Shown: positions 28,316 to 36,746 of the stretch, piece after piece
Layout of the letters: every line of letters begins with the position of its first letter
How positions within the stretch are numbered: the stretch's first letter is position 1
IMG/VR virus record: IMGVR_UViG_3300020045_005441
Coordinates: 1 to 46,341 of that record
Source of the DNA: a virus
Lineage: Duplodnaviria; Caudoviricetes
Strand: one strand, 5' to 3'
DNA length: 46,341 bases
Notes under the pieces: model-generated
What the model was told of the DNA's origin: nothing
What the model saw: only the letters and a program-made list of their open reading frames with translations
Databases searched by the model: none
Translations under genes and position numbers: made by a program

Positions 28316-29062
28316 TTATTTAACTTTTTTTACAAGGTTTCTTATGTTATTGAGCCTTTGTTTGTTGTGGCGTTTAGCCATGACTTGGTTAATCATGATG
28401 TCGCGCTGCATGTCCATCTTTGCCCATTGGTCATCGTTTGGTACGTTTGAAGCGCGTACGGGTTGCGATACCACAGCCGCAACAGGTTGCGCGGTAAGCT
28501 TTGAACAATCAAGCCCTGCCCGTTTCATTGCGTCGCTGTTTGCCTCGTCGTCTGTCATGCGTTCACACGCAATACGGTTTTGCCCGGTGGCAAGCCATAA
28601 CGCTACATCCTTACGGCGGTTACATGCGTCAGACTCTACCGGAGCACCGCCACCAATCGCACCAAAACCAGCACTGACCCCAAGACTTGCGCTATTGGCA
28701 CAGTTATCTTGTGAAAACGACGCAGCAAGCCCAGGGCTATAAGCGAATGGCGTTTGCCTTACTTGGTTGTACGATGTACTAAGCGTATTACCGCCGCTAT
28801 TTGCACCGCTACGTGCGCTAGAATCGCCACCGTTCGCACTAGCCGCCCCACCTTGAGCATTAGCACCGGAAAAGCTACCAGAGACCGCGCCAGCGTTTGC
28901 GATTGATTTGGCGTTGGCTTGCGACCTTGAATATGCGTCATTATCAATCCTTATATTGGTGGTTGGTGTTGGTGTGCTGCATGGTTGGTCGTGGTTAGGG
29001 CCGCATGTTGCATAAGCTGCCATTGGTGACAACATCACAAATAAAGCTAATTTTTTAATCAT
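28316..29062 (-). CDS. Secreted A/G/S-rich protein with Cys pairs
   Basis: Signal peptide, low-complexity linker, DNC...DACNRRKD. Confidence 0.65.
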   Translation of the reverse strand: MIKKLALFVMLSPMAAYATCGPNHDQPCSTPTPTTNIRIDNDAYSRSQANAKSIANAGAVSGSFSGANAQGGAASANGGDSSARSGANSGGNTLSTSYNQVRQTPFAYSPGLAASFSQDNCANSASLGVSAGFGAIGGGAPVESDACNRRKDVALWLATGQNRIACERMTDDEANSDAMKRAGLDCSKLTAQPVAAVVSQPVRASNVPNDDQWAKMDMQRDIMINQVMAKRHNKQRLNNIRNLVKKVK

Positions 29063-29094
29063 TTTTAATTTCCTCAGTATTTTAAGTTTAAGTT

Positions 29095-29116
29095 AAAACC
29101 CGCCATTTCAGGCGGG
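29095..29116 (-). terminator. Terminator-like hairpin
   Basis: CCCGCC-N6-GGCGGG followed by TTTT on the minus strand. Confidence 0.55.
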
Positions 29117-29256
29117 GCATTGCTGATATGCGCGTCCGTCATATTTGGTGCAGCGTAAGCAACACGAGGTTCGACAGTACCGCTACCCCCGGCGATTTTT
29201 TATATGTAGCAGATCGACCCGGCTTCCACTATCCACGACCTCCCCGCGTGGCACGG

Positions 29257-29553
29257 TTAACAACTATTTTCTGAATTTAACTCATCGCGCCCACGGTAAA
29301 AATCAACGCACAGCTGGCGTTCAATCGCTTCGATAATTTCTTTTTGCTGTTCGTCATAAAGCAACCATGAGTATTTGGAATCCATTAGGTCAACATCGGT
29401 GAACTTGTTGGGTTCAAATGCTATTGACAATAAACGTACGTTAGGGCAAGGGTTTACAGTGTAATTGCCATCGTCAACGAATGAGACGGTTGATGAATAT
29501 TCTTTATCATTAACCCATATTTTTAACTCAAATGTTTGTGTTAGTTCTGCCAT
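29257..29553 (-). CDS. Hypothetical protein
   Basis: Likely start MAELTQ after GGGGAA. Confidence 0.6.
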   Translation of the reverse strand: MAELTQTFELKIWVNDKEYSSTVSFVDDGNYTVNPCPNVRLLSIAFEPNKFTDVDLMDSKYSWLLYDEQQKEIIEAIERQLCVDFYRGRDELNSENSC

Positions 29554-29568
29554 TTTATGTTCCCCGGT

Positions 29569-29597
29569 TAAAAAAATCCCTGCCAATAAAGGCAGGG
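29569..29597 (-). terminator. Rho-independent terminator
   Basis: CCCTGCC-N6-GGCAGGG with a U tract on the minus strand. Confidence 0.7.
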
Positions 29598-29621
29598 TTA
29601 GTGGCTAATGTGGAGCGCACA

Positions 29622-29891
29622 TTATTCTTGTGTCAATGCCAACAACTCTTGTTTGCGTTGTTGAAGTTCATTCATTTTCTCGATAGCTTCCTGCTTTGCC
29701 TTTTCGATAAGGCCATCGACTATTTTTACTTGTTGTGCAATGATTACATCCTTGGTAAGTTCAGGGAAGTACACATCAACGAATTCAGTCAGTTGGGTAT
29801 GGTCTGAATAAACCTCTTGCTTTGACCTATCTTCATTAATAGCCGTATCGTAACCAAAAGGCGACTTAAATATTGCTAATTTTAATTTCAT
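29622..29891 (-). CDS. Hypothetical coiled-coil protein
   Basis: CCGAGGA RBS, 89 aa. Confidence 0.65.
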   Translation of the reverse strand: MKLKLAIFKSPFGYDTAINEDRSKQEVYSDHTQLTEFVDVYFPELTKDVIIAQQVKIVDGLIEKAKQEAIEKMNELQQRKQELLALTQE

Positions 29892-29975
29892 TTTCTATCC
29901 TCGGTTTGGTGGTAAATTTTTAACTTGTTGCCATTATTTCAGGTATTTTAATTAATGTAAAGTTTTATTTTTTAA

Positions 29976-30347
29976 TTATCGTGGAAATTCCGTGGATTCA
30001 ATAAATGTATTTAATACATGCTTGCCATCCTCAAACCCATAAGCCAACAAATACGTTTGACCGATAGACTCCACATAAGCCTTGAACGCCTTTTGATGGT
30101 CGCTCAATACACTGCCTTTCACCCGCTTGAACTCAATCCAGCACAACCAAGCAGGGATAAACAAGTCAGCAGCACCAGGATAAAGCCCCTCCAGCATTTG
30201 GTCGCGGCTTTCCTTTGGTGATCGTGAGCCGCCATTGCGTATGGACATTATCACCACGCCTGGATAAGCATCCCTGAACCATGCCACAAAGTCGCATTGT
30301 TCCTTAAATTCAGTCGGGTAGATAATTTTAGGCTTTTTTTCTTTCAT
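29976..30347 (-). CDS. VRR-NUC family nuclease
   Basis: EFKEQ...IRNGG...GLYPGAADL...WIEFKRVKGSVLSDHQK. Confidence 0.85.
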   Translation of the reverse strand: MKEKKPKIIYPTEFKEQCDFVAWFRDAYPGVVIMSIRNGGSRSPKESRDQMLEGLYPGAADLFIPAWLCWIEFKRVKGSVLSDHQKAFKAYVESIGQTYLLAYGFEDGKHVLNTFIESTEFPR

Positions 30348-30561
30348 TTTTACCCTCAAAATAGTTTAAGTACCAAGGCCGTGACTCCACGGGTTCTGCC
30401 ATACACTCTATAACCGTCTTGACATCGACACCAAGGCGGTACAGTGTGGAGTTAAAAACAGCGTCACTGATCGACCATAGGCCGTCCGGCATTATCTTCC
30501 CTGGCCTTTCCTCAACGGATGGCTTTTCTTTTTGTTTTGATAGTGCTTGCAGTATGTCCAT
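30328..30561 (-). CDS. Hypothetical protein
   Basis: Fills the operon gap. Confidence 0.55.
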   Translation of the reverse strand: MDILQALSKQKEKPSVEERPGKIMPDGLWSISDAVFNSTLYRLGVDVKTVIECMAEPVESRPWYLNYFEGKNERKKA

Positions 30562-32250
30562 TTAAAAATCCCATGATAAAAGTTTATTAAACCTACCATC
30601 CTTTACTAACGTGATCGTCTTGATACGCTTAAAGTATTGGTCGTAGTAGTCGTTCAACAAAAACAACAAGTTTTTGACATTATGCCCACCCTCAAACTTC
30701 CCGATCTGATACCAATCTGCATGGGGGTTTTTCATGATGCTTTTTATTTTGGCGATAGCCAAGCCACGGGCTGAACCCGTATGCTCAATGCAAAGGTATT
30801 CCGTATGGATTATCTTACCTGACGCAACCATAAACAGCATCTTTATCATGGCGTGGTCGGTCTTGAAATAGCTCTCGAACGCTAAGGATGATATTTCATA
30901 AACCGTACGCTCAACCGCTTCTTTCTCCGCTATGGCCTGGGCAACTGTACGCATGGAGTAGTTTCCGTCCTCGTTCAAGCTGATGAATTCGGCCTTGCAT
31001 TTAGAGCATTTTTTTGCGGCTATGATATTGACGTGTCCGCATACAATATGCCCGTTAATTGCGGTACATACTTTTTTTGGTGCTTCCCCGCGTTTTTCCT
31101 TCACTTTTGGTACGATTATATTGTCAATCCCACCATCGGTAAGGCGTTCTATGTTTGTCCCGTAATCCAGCAAGTACCCGCATGACTTATCCTCATGTGG
31201 CCTAAAAATGCGGCCTACCATTTGCACAAGCAAACCAGGGCTTATGGTTGCCCTAAGCAATACGACGCATTGCAGGGCTTTGTAATCGTATCCCTCTGTA
31301 AGTATGTCAACGTTAATGATGTAACGCTTGCCAGTACCGTTTTTCATCCATTCTATAGCGACCTTGCGCTGGCCTTCGGTACAGATAGACGAATCTCCGC
31401 ACACTAACCTCATGTTGTCTTTTCCCCATGAATTAATCACATGCTGGGCGTTGGCTATGCTTGATGTGAATATCAGCGCGGTATTGATGTTGTTCTCGTC
31501 GAAATGGTTTCGCATATCTTCCACTGCATCGTCAATAATTGCGTCGAACTTTACTTGTGACTGGTACTTGTCGTAGTCATTGCCGACCACGCGAACACCA
31601 TCCATATTGACTTTAATATTAGCGTTAAGCGTTTCGATGTGGCTCAAATACCCTTCATTAATTAGCTTTTTTATGCCAGGGTCTTGCGTATTGTCGTAAA
31701 CCTTATGCGTAAAAAATGGCTTGGTCTTGTGGCTGGTTTCGTGCAGTTCCCCCTGGTCTAACCGATATGGAGTCCCGGTGACACCTGCAATTTTCATTGC
31801 AGGGTTGACGGTCAACAGGTTATGGATAATCTTGTGGTACGCGCCTTTATCCCCTTCCTGCCTTAATTGCACCCGGTGGCATTCATCAATCAATAACCTA
31901 TCAAACTTGCCGGACAATGCGCTGATATTGACAAAACTGGTAGCCATAGCAATTACTGCTTGCTTGGTGTTTTGCTTCTTGCTTAACTGACCGCAAACGA
32001 TACCGAGCGCGTCCTTTTTATCCATGTAGTTGAACGCTTCAATATAGTTCTGCTCCACCAATTCCTTGCGCGGTACGAGCTGAATTACCCGCTCATCGTT
32101 ATTGATGTAACGGTTTGTCAACGCAGCCAGTACAAGCGATTTTCCAGTCCCTGTAATCAACGATGCGTACGGTATTGGCATTCCTTTCTTGTACGCGCCG
32201 TCCAGTGCTTTACATGCATCTTGTTGATATCCTCGTAGTTCCTTTTTCAT
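30562..32250 (-). CDS. SF2 DEAD/DEAH-box helicase (RadD/YejH-like) with Zn ribbon
   Basis: LRGYQ, TGTGKS, IDECH, TGTPYRLD, LTEGYD, QMVGR. Confidence 0.92.
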   Translation of the reverse strand: MKKELRGYQQDACKALDGAYKKGMPIPYASLITGTGKSLVLAALTNRYINNDERVIQLVPRKELVEQNYIEAFNYMDKKDALGIVCGQLSKKQNTKQAVIAMATSFVNISALSGKFDRLLIDECHRVQLRQEGDKGAYHKIIHNLLTVNPAMKIAGVTGTPYRLDQGELHETSHKTKPFFTHKVYDNTQDPGIKKLINEGYLSHIETLNANIKVNMDGVRVVGNDYDKYQSQVKFDAIIDDAVEDMRNHFDENNINTALIFTSSIANAQHVINSWGKDNMRLVCGDSSICTEGQRKVAIEWMKNGTGKRYIINVDILTEGYDYKALQCVVLLRATISPGLLVQMVGRIFRPHEDKSCGYLLDYGTNIERLTDGGIDNIIVPKVKEKRGEAPKKVCTAINGHIVCGHVNIIAAKKCSKCKAEFISLNEDGNYSMRTVAQAIAEKEAVERTVYEISSLAFESYFKTDHAMIKMLFMVASGKIIHTEYLCIEHTGSARGLAIAKIKSIMKNPHADWYQIGKFEGGHNVKNLLFLLNDYYDQYFKRIKTITLVKDGRFNKLLSWDF

Positions 32251-32576
32251 TGTTCATAATTTCCGTCATCTTCCGGAAAAAACATGTCTATATTTTTCCC
32301 CTTATATTTTTCCTTAACGCACCACCCATAATCATGGGTTATTGAAATGCCAATATTGGAAAGTATTTTAAAAAGATGCTGTTTATCTATTTTTTTTACT
32401 TGCCTAATGCGATAAAACAAAATGTCGCAATCCTTCCTTGTTGTCCCTTCACTCTTATATAGACATCCTCCAGATGGGGCGGTATTTTCAATATAAATAT
32501 CGCAACATAGCTTTATGGCTTCGCTTTGCGTCCATCTTTGGTCTATTGAATCCAATAAAAGGTTTATATCTTCCAT
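32247..32576 (-). CDS. Hypothetical protein, possible minimal nucleotidyltransferase fold
   Basis: SGGCLY...RKDCDI...IDMFF. Confidence 0.45.
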   Translation of the reverse strand: MEDINLLLDSIDQRWTQSEAIKLCCDIYIENTAPSGGCLYKSEGTTRKDCDILFYRIRQVKKIDKQHLFKILSNIGISITHDYGWCVKEKYKGKNIDMFFPEDDGNYEQ

Positions 32577-32577
32577 A

Positions 32578-33144
32578 TTAACGCACCGTCAACGATTCTT
32601 TCCGTTCCAAAATCACCCCAGGCAACAAGTCGGACGTGACTACTGCAATGGACGGGTCTAGCTTTTTAAGGTCTGCCCTGTATATTTCATCCCTAAGCAT
32701 TTGCACAATTTCCTTATTGTTCAATTCCTTGTGTTCTGGCACTACAGTCACAAGCCCAGGCGGTAGCTTTTCGATGTCAAAGTTTTCGCTAAATGCCAGA
32801 GACCCTGGAGTGAGCTGATGGGTTAGGTTAAGCAGCGAACCCTTAAATTTAGAGATGTTGAAATCGACAAGAATTGACAGGATGAATTCACGCAGCTTGT
32901 TTACCGTCCGCTCGTCGCGTTCCTTGTTTTTCTTTAGCCGTTCGGTTGCAGAACGCAATGCTTCTTTTGAAATGTCTGACTTGGTGATTGCTTCGGCAAG
33001 GATGGTGGTAAGGAATTCCAGTTTTTTGTCAACGTCACCATGTATGCGAAGCAATACATCATGGATTTGTTCGTCATCTTCGGCAAATTCCAGCTCTGAC
33101 AAAGCCGCTTCGTGTTCTTTTTTTAGGTCGTATATTGTAGCCAT
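32578..33144 (-). CDS. Siphovirus Gp157-like coiled-coil protein
   Basis: TIYDL...coiled coil...PGVILERKESLTVR C-terminus. Confidence 0.7.
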   Translation of the reverse strand: MATIYDLKKEHEAALSELEFAEDDEQIHDVLLRIHGDVDKKLEFLTTILAEAITKSDISKEALRSATERLKKNKERDERTVNKLREFILSILVDFNISKFKGSLLNLTHQLTPGSLAFSENFDIEKLPPGLVTVVPEHKELNNKEIVQMLRDEIYRADLKKLDPSIAVVTSDLLPGVILERKESLTVR

Positions 33145-33174
33145 TTTTTAATCCTCGGTTAAAATTAATTTGTA

Positions 33175-33348
33175 TCAGATCCAGCTCCTGCTCAAGCTCC
33201 AGCCCCCGCTCCTGCTACAGCTCCTGCTATAACCCCCGCTCCTGCTACAGCTTCTGCTATAGCCACCGCCTCCGCTCCAGCTTCCGCTCCAGCTCCTGCT
33301 CCCGCTCATGCTACCAATCCTGTCTCTTTTCTTTTTCGTGACAATCAT
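33175..33348 (-). CDS. 57-aa Ser-X dipeptide-repeat microprotein
   Basis: MIVTKKKRDRIGSMSGSRSWSGSWSGGGGYSRSCSRSGGYSRSCSRSGGWSLSRSWI; ATGA overlap with the upstream gene. Confidence 0.65.
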   Translation of the reverse strand: MIVTKKKRDRIGSMSGSRSWSGSWSGGGGYSRSCSRSGGYSRSCSRSGGWSLSRSWI

Positions 33349-33617
33349 TTAACTATCCCAAATGACTCAACCATTGCAGTCATGACGTATATTTCATACG
33401 GTAAGGCTTGCGCGTCTTTCCATGTTTTTGTATCGAATCCGCCAGTTTCGTAAACTATTTTAGGGTTTTCAAGCTTTACATACTTGTCATTTACGACGAC
33501 AAGCTTTCCAGTATAGATATAAATTGCACAAAAAAGAGTAATTGTTTCTCCCAAAAGTGAAACAAGACCTTCGTTTTCAACTTCTGTCACTTCAATTTTT
33601 GGGGCTAATGTTTTCAT
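33345..33617 (-). CDS. Small Sm/SH3-like beta-barrel protein
   Basis: LLGETITLFC..YIYTGKLVVVNDKYVKLENP resembles the Sm1 motif. Confidence 0.65.
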   Translation of the reverse strand: MKTLAPKIEVTEVENEGLVSLLGETITLFCAIYIYTGKLVVVNDKYVKLENPKIVYETGGFDTKTWKDAQALPYEIYVMTAMVESFGIVK

Positions 33618-33680
33618 TTTGTTTATCCTGTATTTAATTTAAATTAGTGGTTGCCGTCCGTGGCTAATAATCCTTATTCT

Positions 33681-34358
33681 TTAGAACGGGATATCGTCAT
33701 CAAAATCATCAAATTCATCCGCTTTTGAGTCCATTTTTACCGGGTCTTGCACCGGAGCGTTAGGCTGGTTTTGCGCTTGCTTTATGGTATGCGCGTCTAA
33801 CGTCGAAGGTAAGTATTTTACTGCATCCAATGTATTGATATATTTTTGGATTGATACAGGCTCTGCTTCCATGACAAATTCAGAAGTAGAAGCCATGGTT
33901 TCGGCATCACAGAAGCATAGGAATTCTGCCCTTACCTGTTTTTCGCTAACAGTTCCGAATTTGATGCTTTCGCGCATTTGCCACACAGAACCGATAGTTT
34001 TACCTATCAATTCTTTGTACACCATCTTTTTTTGCTCAACGTCTTGTTTTATATTCCAATCACGCAGCATCAAACGGCCTGGAACTGCCTTGAGTTCGTC
34101 AAGGTCAAGCAGCACCATCATGTCGTTGATTTGCTCGATACCCATGTCGTTTGGGTTGCCGTCCTTTTTGATATGAGTTAGCCGTACCGTTGCGTACTGC
34201 CCTGCTTCTGTCGAGCAGTCAAGGACTATATACTCGGACAATGCTTCCTTGCTTTTGTCGTCGTATGCCTTGTTTATGGTAAGAGCATAAAACCCCGTTT
34301 CCTTGATCGGACCACCTGAAAATGAGCGCACTTTGCTTGTGTCTTTTTTAAATGACAT
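33681..34358 (-). CDS. Single-stranded DNA-binding protein (DUF669-like)
   Basis: Acidic tail ending DDDIPF; next to the Sak4-like ATPase. Confidence 0.75.
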   Translation of the reverse strand: MSFKKDTSKVRSFSGGPIKETGFYALTINKAYDDKSKEALSEYIVLDCSTEAGQYATVRLTHIKKDGNPNDMGIEQINDMMVLLDLDELKAVPGRLMLRDWNIKQDVEQKKMVYKELIGKTIGSVWQMRESIKFGTVSEKQVRAEFLCFCDAETMASTSEFVMEAEPVSIQKYINTLDAVKYLPSTLDAHTIKQAQNQPNAPVQDPVKMDSKADEFDDFDDDIPF

Positions 34359-34375
34359 TTTATATCCTCTTTGGT

Positions 34376-35278
34376 TTATTTAGTTAAATCTTCAAACAAC
34401 TTTCTTGAAGTCGATTCGTCTCGTATGTCTAAAATATATTGGTCATCGACATATTCGACTTTTTCAGTCCGTACCTTTGCATCAAAAGCACCGTTACCGC
34501 GTGTGTAAGCTATTACCGTGCTTTGGCTGTCCTTGTCAGCAATGTTTATGATTTTCTTGCCGTCAAACCCCCCGCGCTTTTTGTCAGTAGTCACGCTGGC
34601 TGACATGTAAATCACCCAGTCAGCTTTAGCCATAAGCACTGCGGGGATGCTTATTTTACCGAACGCTGCCATATCCATGGTGTTTTTCTTGTACTCGTCG
34701 CCCATATCGTCCCTTGCCGATATTTCACGGCTATGGGCTATCAGGATAACGTTAATCCCTTTTTTGTGCATTGAATTTATAGCCGAAAAAAACCTAGTTT
34801 CATACTTAGTCTTTAACTTTTCGTAACCAGTACCAAAGTTGTAATCAGCTATGCTTTTTACTTCTGCATAAATTGCGTTCCTGTTTTCGTCCGTGCCTTT
34901 TTTAACATATGGGTCTTTTACAATTATTTGGTCAATAAACAATCGGTCTAGGAATATGCCGCTATCAATAATGGCGGTTTTGTACCCTTCTGGATGTTTG
35001 GCCACCCATTTCATCATCTCGAAAAACTCATCCTCTGTGGACGGCATGATTATTTCATGCTTTCCTGTCTTTGGATTTGCTTTTGTTGGCTTCCCTACCC
35101 CGGTCACTTTTTCAACCCCTTTTTCAAGGGGTATATAAAAAGGTTTTTCTGCATATTTCCCTAACGTAGTTTTACCAACACCAGGCAACCCATAAATAAT
35201 ACCGAAGTAAGGCCCGTTGATTACCTCGTCGGTAATACCTACCCCGTCCAGAAATGACGGTTTTTTTTCCTCATTCAT
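34376..35278 (-). CDS. Sak4-like AAA ATPase recombinase
   Basis: IYGLPGVGKTT, TAIIDS, VILIAH, ADWV and AKVR motifs. Confidence 0.85.
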   Translation of the reverse strand: MNEEKKPSFLDGVGITDEVINGPYFGIIYGLPGVGKTTLGKYAEKPFYIPLEKGVEKVTGVGKPTKANPKTGKHEIIMPSTEDEFFEMMKWVAKHPEGYKTAIIDSGIFLDRLFIDQIIVKDPYVKKGTDENRNAIYAEVKSIADYNFGTGYEKLKTKYETRFFSAINSMHKKGINVILIAHSREISARDDMGDEYKKNTMDMAAFGKISIPAVLMAKADWVIYMSASVTTDKKRGGFDGKKIINIADKDSQSTVIAYTRGNGAFDAKVRTEKVEYVDDQYILDIRDESTSRKLFEDLTK

Positions 35279-35429
35279 GGCTGTTTGCCTTGGTGAACTC
35301 ATTAACCATAATCCGAGTCAGCTCAAATATCTTAAGCCCACGGTTCAGTGCAATTTGCCTGAGTTCCGTGTGCTGTTTTTCATCTATCACCAACATTTTC
35401 ATGTGGGGTTTTTGTTCGTCGTTTTTCAT
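35271..35429 (-). CDS. 52-aa ribbon-helix-helix-like protein
   Basis: GGAG RBS; KMLVIDEKQHTELRQIALNRGLKIFELTRIMV. Confidence 0.5.
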   Translation of the reverse strand: MKNDEQKPHMKMLVIDEKQHTELRQIALNRGLKIFELTRIMVNEFTKANSHE

Positions 35430-35444
35430 AATTACTCCAGTAAT

Positions 35445-35585
35445 TTAATTATTGCTGCCGTCGCCGTCGCCGTCGCCGTAGCCTCCGCCGAATCCGAATC
35501 CGTCTCCGAAGCCGCCGCCGTCTCCGCTGCCGTCGCCGCTGCCAACTGAGTCAACGGGTTCTTCAATGAATTTATTTATATTCAT
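35445..35585 (-). CDS. 46-aa Gly-X dipeptide-repeat microprotein
   Basis: MNINKFIEEPVDSVGSGDGSGDGGGFGDGFGFGGGYGDGDGDGSNN; overlaps the upstream gene end; AAGGAAG RBS. Confidence 0.65.
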   Translation of the reverse strand: MNINKFIEEPVDSVGSGDGSGDGGGFGDGFGFGGGYGDGDGDGSNN

Positions 35586-35943
35586 CAATCGACTTCCTTG
35601 CAACATCGGAACACCCGATTATTTCGATTGCATTTGTCAAATGAATTACCGGGTTTTTTGTATCAACTTTTTTTCCAGATGATAGCCCCAATTGTGCAAC
35701 ACCAGAAAGGGCGACACCACCGTCAGAACCCCACGACCATAAACGGCGGCTGTCTTTCAATATGACCTGTTCGCCACATTGCTTGTCAAGCCACCCGGCA
35801 TGTACCCCTGCCGAATATGTACGTACCAGAACATATTTATTGAGCAATGGGCTTTTAAATTCCTGTTCATTGCTTTTTGTAGATACAGCTAAAAGCGATG
35901 TTATTTCTTTGATTTGGCCTAGGGTTAGTTCGTTTATATCCAT
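35572..35943 (-). CDS. DUF6948-like small beta-barrel protein
   Basis: KYVLVRTYSAGVHAG...LKDSRRLWSW...LSGVA...EII. Confidence 0.7.
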   Translation of the reverse strand: MDINELTLGQIKEITSLLAVSTKSNEQEFKSPLLNKYVLVRTYSAGVHAGWLDKQCGEQVILKDSRRLWSWGSDGGVALSGVAQLGLSSGKKVDTKNPVIHLTNAIEIIGCSDVARKSIDEYK

Positions 35944-35986
35944 TTTTAAATCCTCGTTATTGAATGCTAAAATTAATGTACGGTTT

Positions 35987-36016
35987 ATTATATTCTTAAA
36001 AAACTTTAATTGTCAA
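35987..36016 (-). promoter_or_regulatory. Consensus sigma70 promoter TTGACA-18-TATAAT
   Basis: Read directly, upstream of 35943. Confidence 0.8.
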
Positions 36017-36017
36017 G

Positions 36018-36377
36018 TTATTTAGAGTTAACCATGTCAATCAACAATTCCATTTTTGCCGAAAGCATTGTCATGTCATTGATTATTTCGTCCATCAAAT
36101 CTTGTGATGCTGTTGTTACAGGTAACAGCTCTTTTGTCCCATCAACCATAACCAAGGAATCATCAATACCATTGTCGATGTTGTCCCAAACATTTTGGCT
36201 TGCCTTGTCCCATTCGTCTTGTGTCCCAGCCATTTCGTTGTCCCCATGATTTTCATTAAAATAAACCCCATCTATTTCTTTTTTTTGACTTGTTGCGTCC
36301 ATTAATATAAATTCCATTACAGCATCCAATGCGTCCCGCTTTTCAAAATTAAATTCTTCGTCGTTTTTGTATGTCAT
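36018..36377 (-). CDS. Highly acidic hypothetical protein
   Basis: 119 aa, D/E-rich; ATGA coupling. Confidence 0.65.
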   Translation of the reverse strand: MTYKNDEEFNFEKRDALDAVMEFILMDATSQKKEIDGVYFNENHGDNEMAGTQDEWDKASQNVWDNIDNGIDDSLVMVDGTKELLPVTTASQDLMDEIINDMTMLSAKMELLIDMVNSK

Positions 36378-36580
36378 TTTTTTTGCATCCGTTTTGAATC
36401 ATAAGTTTCCTGCATATCATTTTCTAATTCCTTTTCTGACAAGTAAGAAACAATTTCAATAAGCGCATCCTCTATATCCCCATTGTAAACAAGTTGCAAT
36501 ATATGTTCAGCACGCGTAATTTTTTTTCTATTACCATTTTCATCAGGTTTAACTGAGTATATTTCACTAAGCTTGTCCAT
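36374..36580 (-). CDS. Hypothetical protein
   Basis: Likely start MDKLSE after GGGGGA. Confidence 0.55.
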   Translation of the reverse strand: MDKLSEIYSVKPDENGNRKKITRAEHILQLVYNGDIEDALIEIVSYLSEKELENDMQETYDSKRMQKK

Positions 36581-36676
36581 CACATTTCCCCCGAAAAAAG
36601 CGTATAAAGCGACATAGCCATATAGGCTATGCAAATTGTCCATCCTATTAAGTTGCCCATTTTTTTTGTTTCCTAG

Positions 36677-36724
36677 TTGATTTAAGCTGTAACTTAGTAT
36701 ACATTATGTTTTACATTTTGTAAA
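36677..36724. promoter_or_regulatory. Overlapping divergent promoters at the strand switch
   Basis: Minus strand TTTACA-17-TATACT (36724-36696); plus strand TTGATT-17-TACATT. Confidence 0.55.
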
Positions 36725-36746
36725 TTAAATTAATTGAGGTGTAGTG

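Noticed and set aside
29146-29254. tRNA gene
   Set aside because: No canonical cloverleaf; kept only as a low-confidence ncRNA candidate.
33175-33310. Short repeats as a CRISPR array or simple VNTR
   Set aside because: The units are degenerate 6-mers with no repeat-spacer structure and are explained by a dipeptide-repeat ORF; the same applies to 35455-35545.
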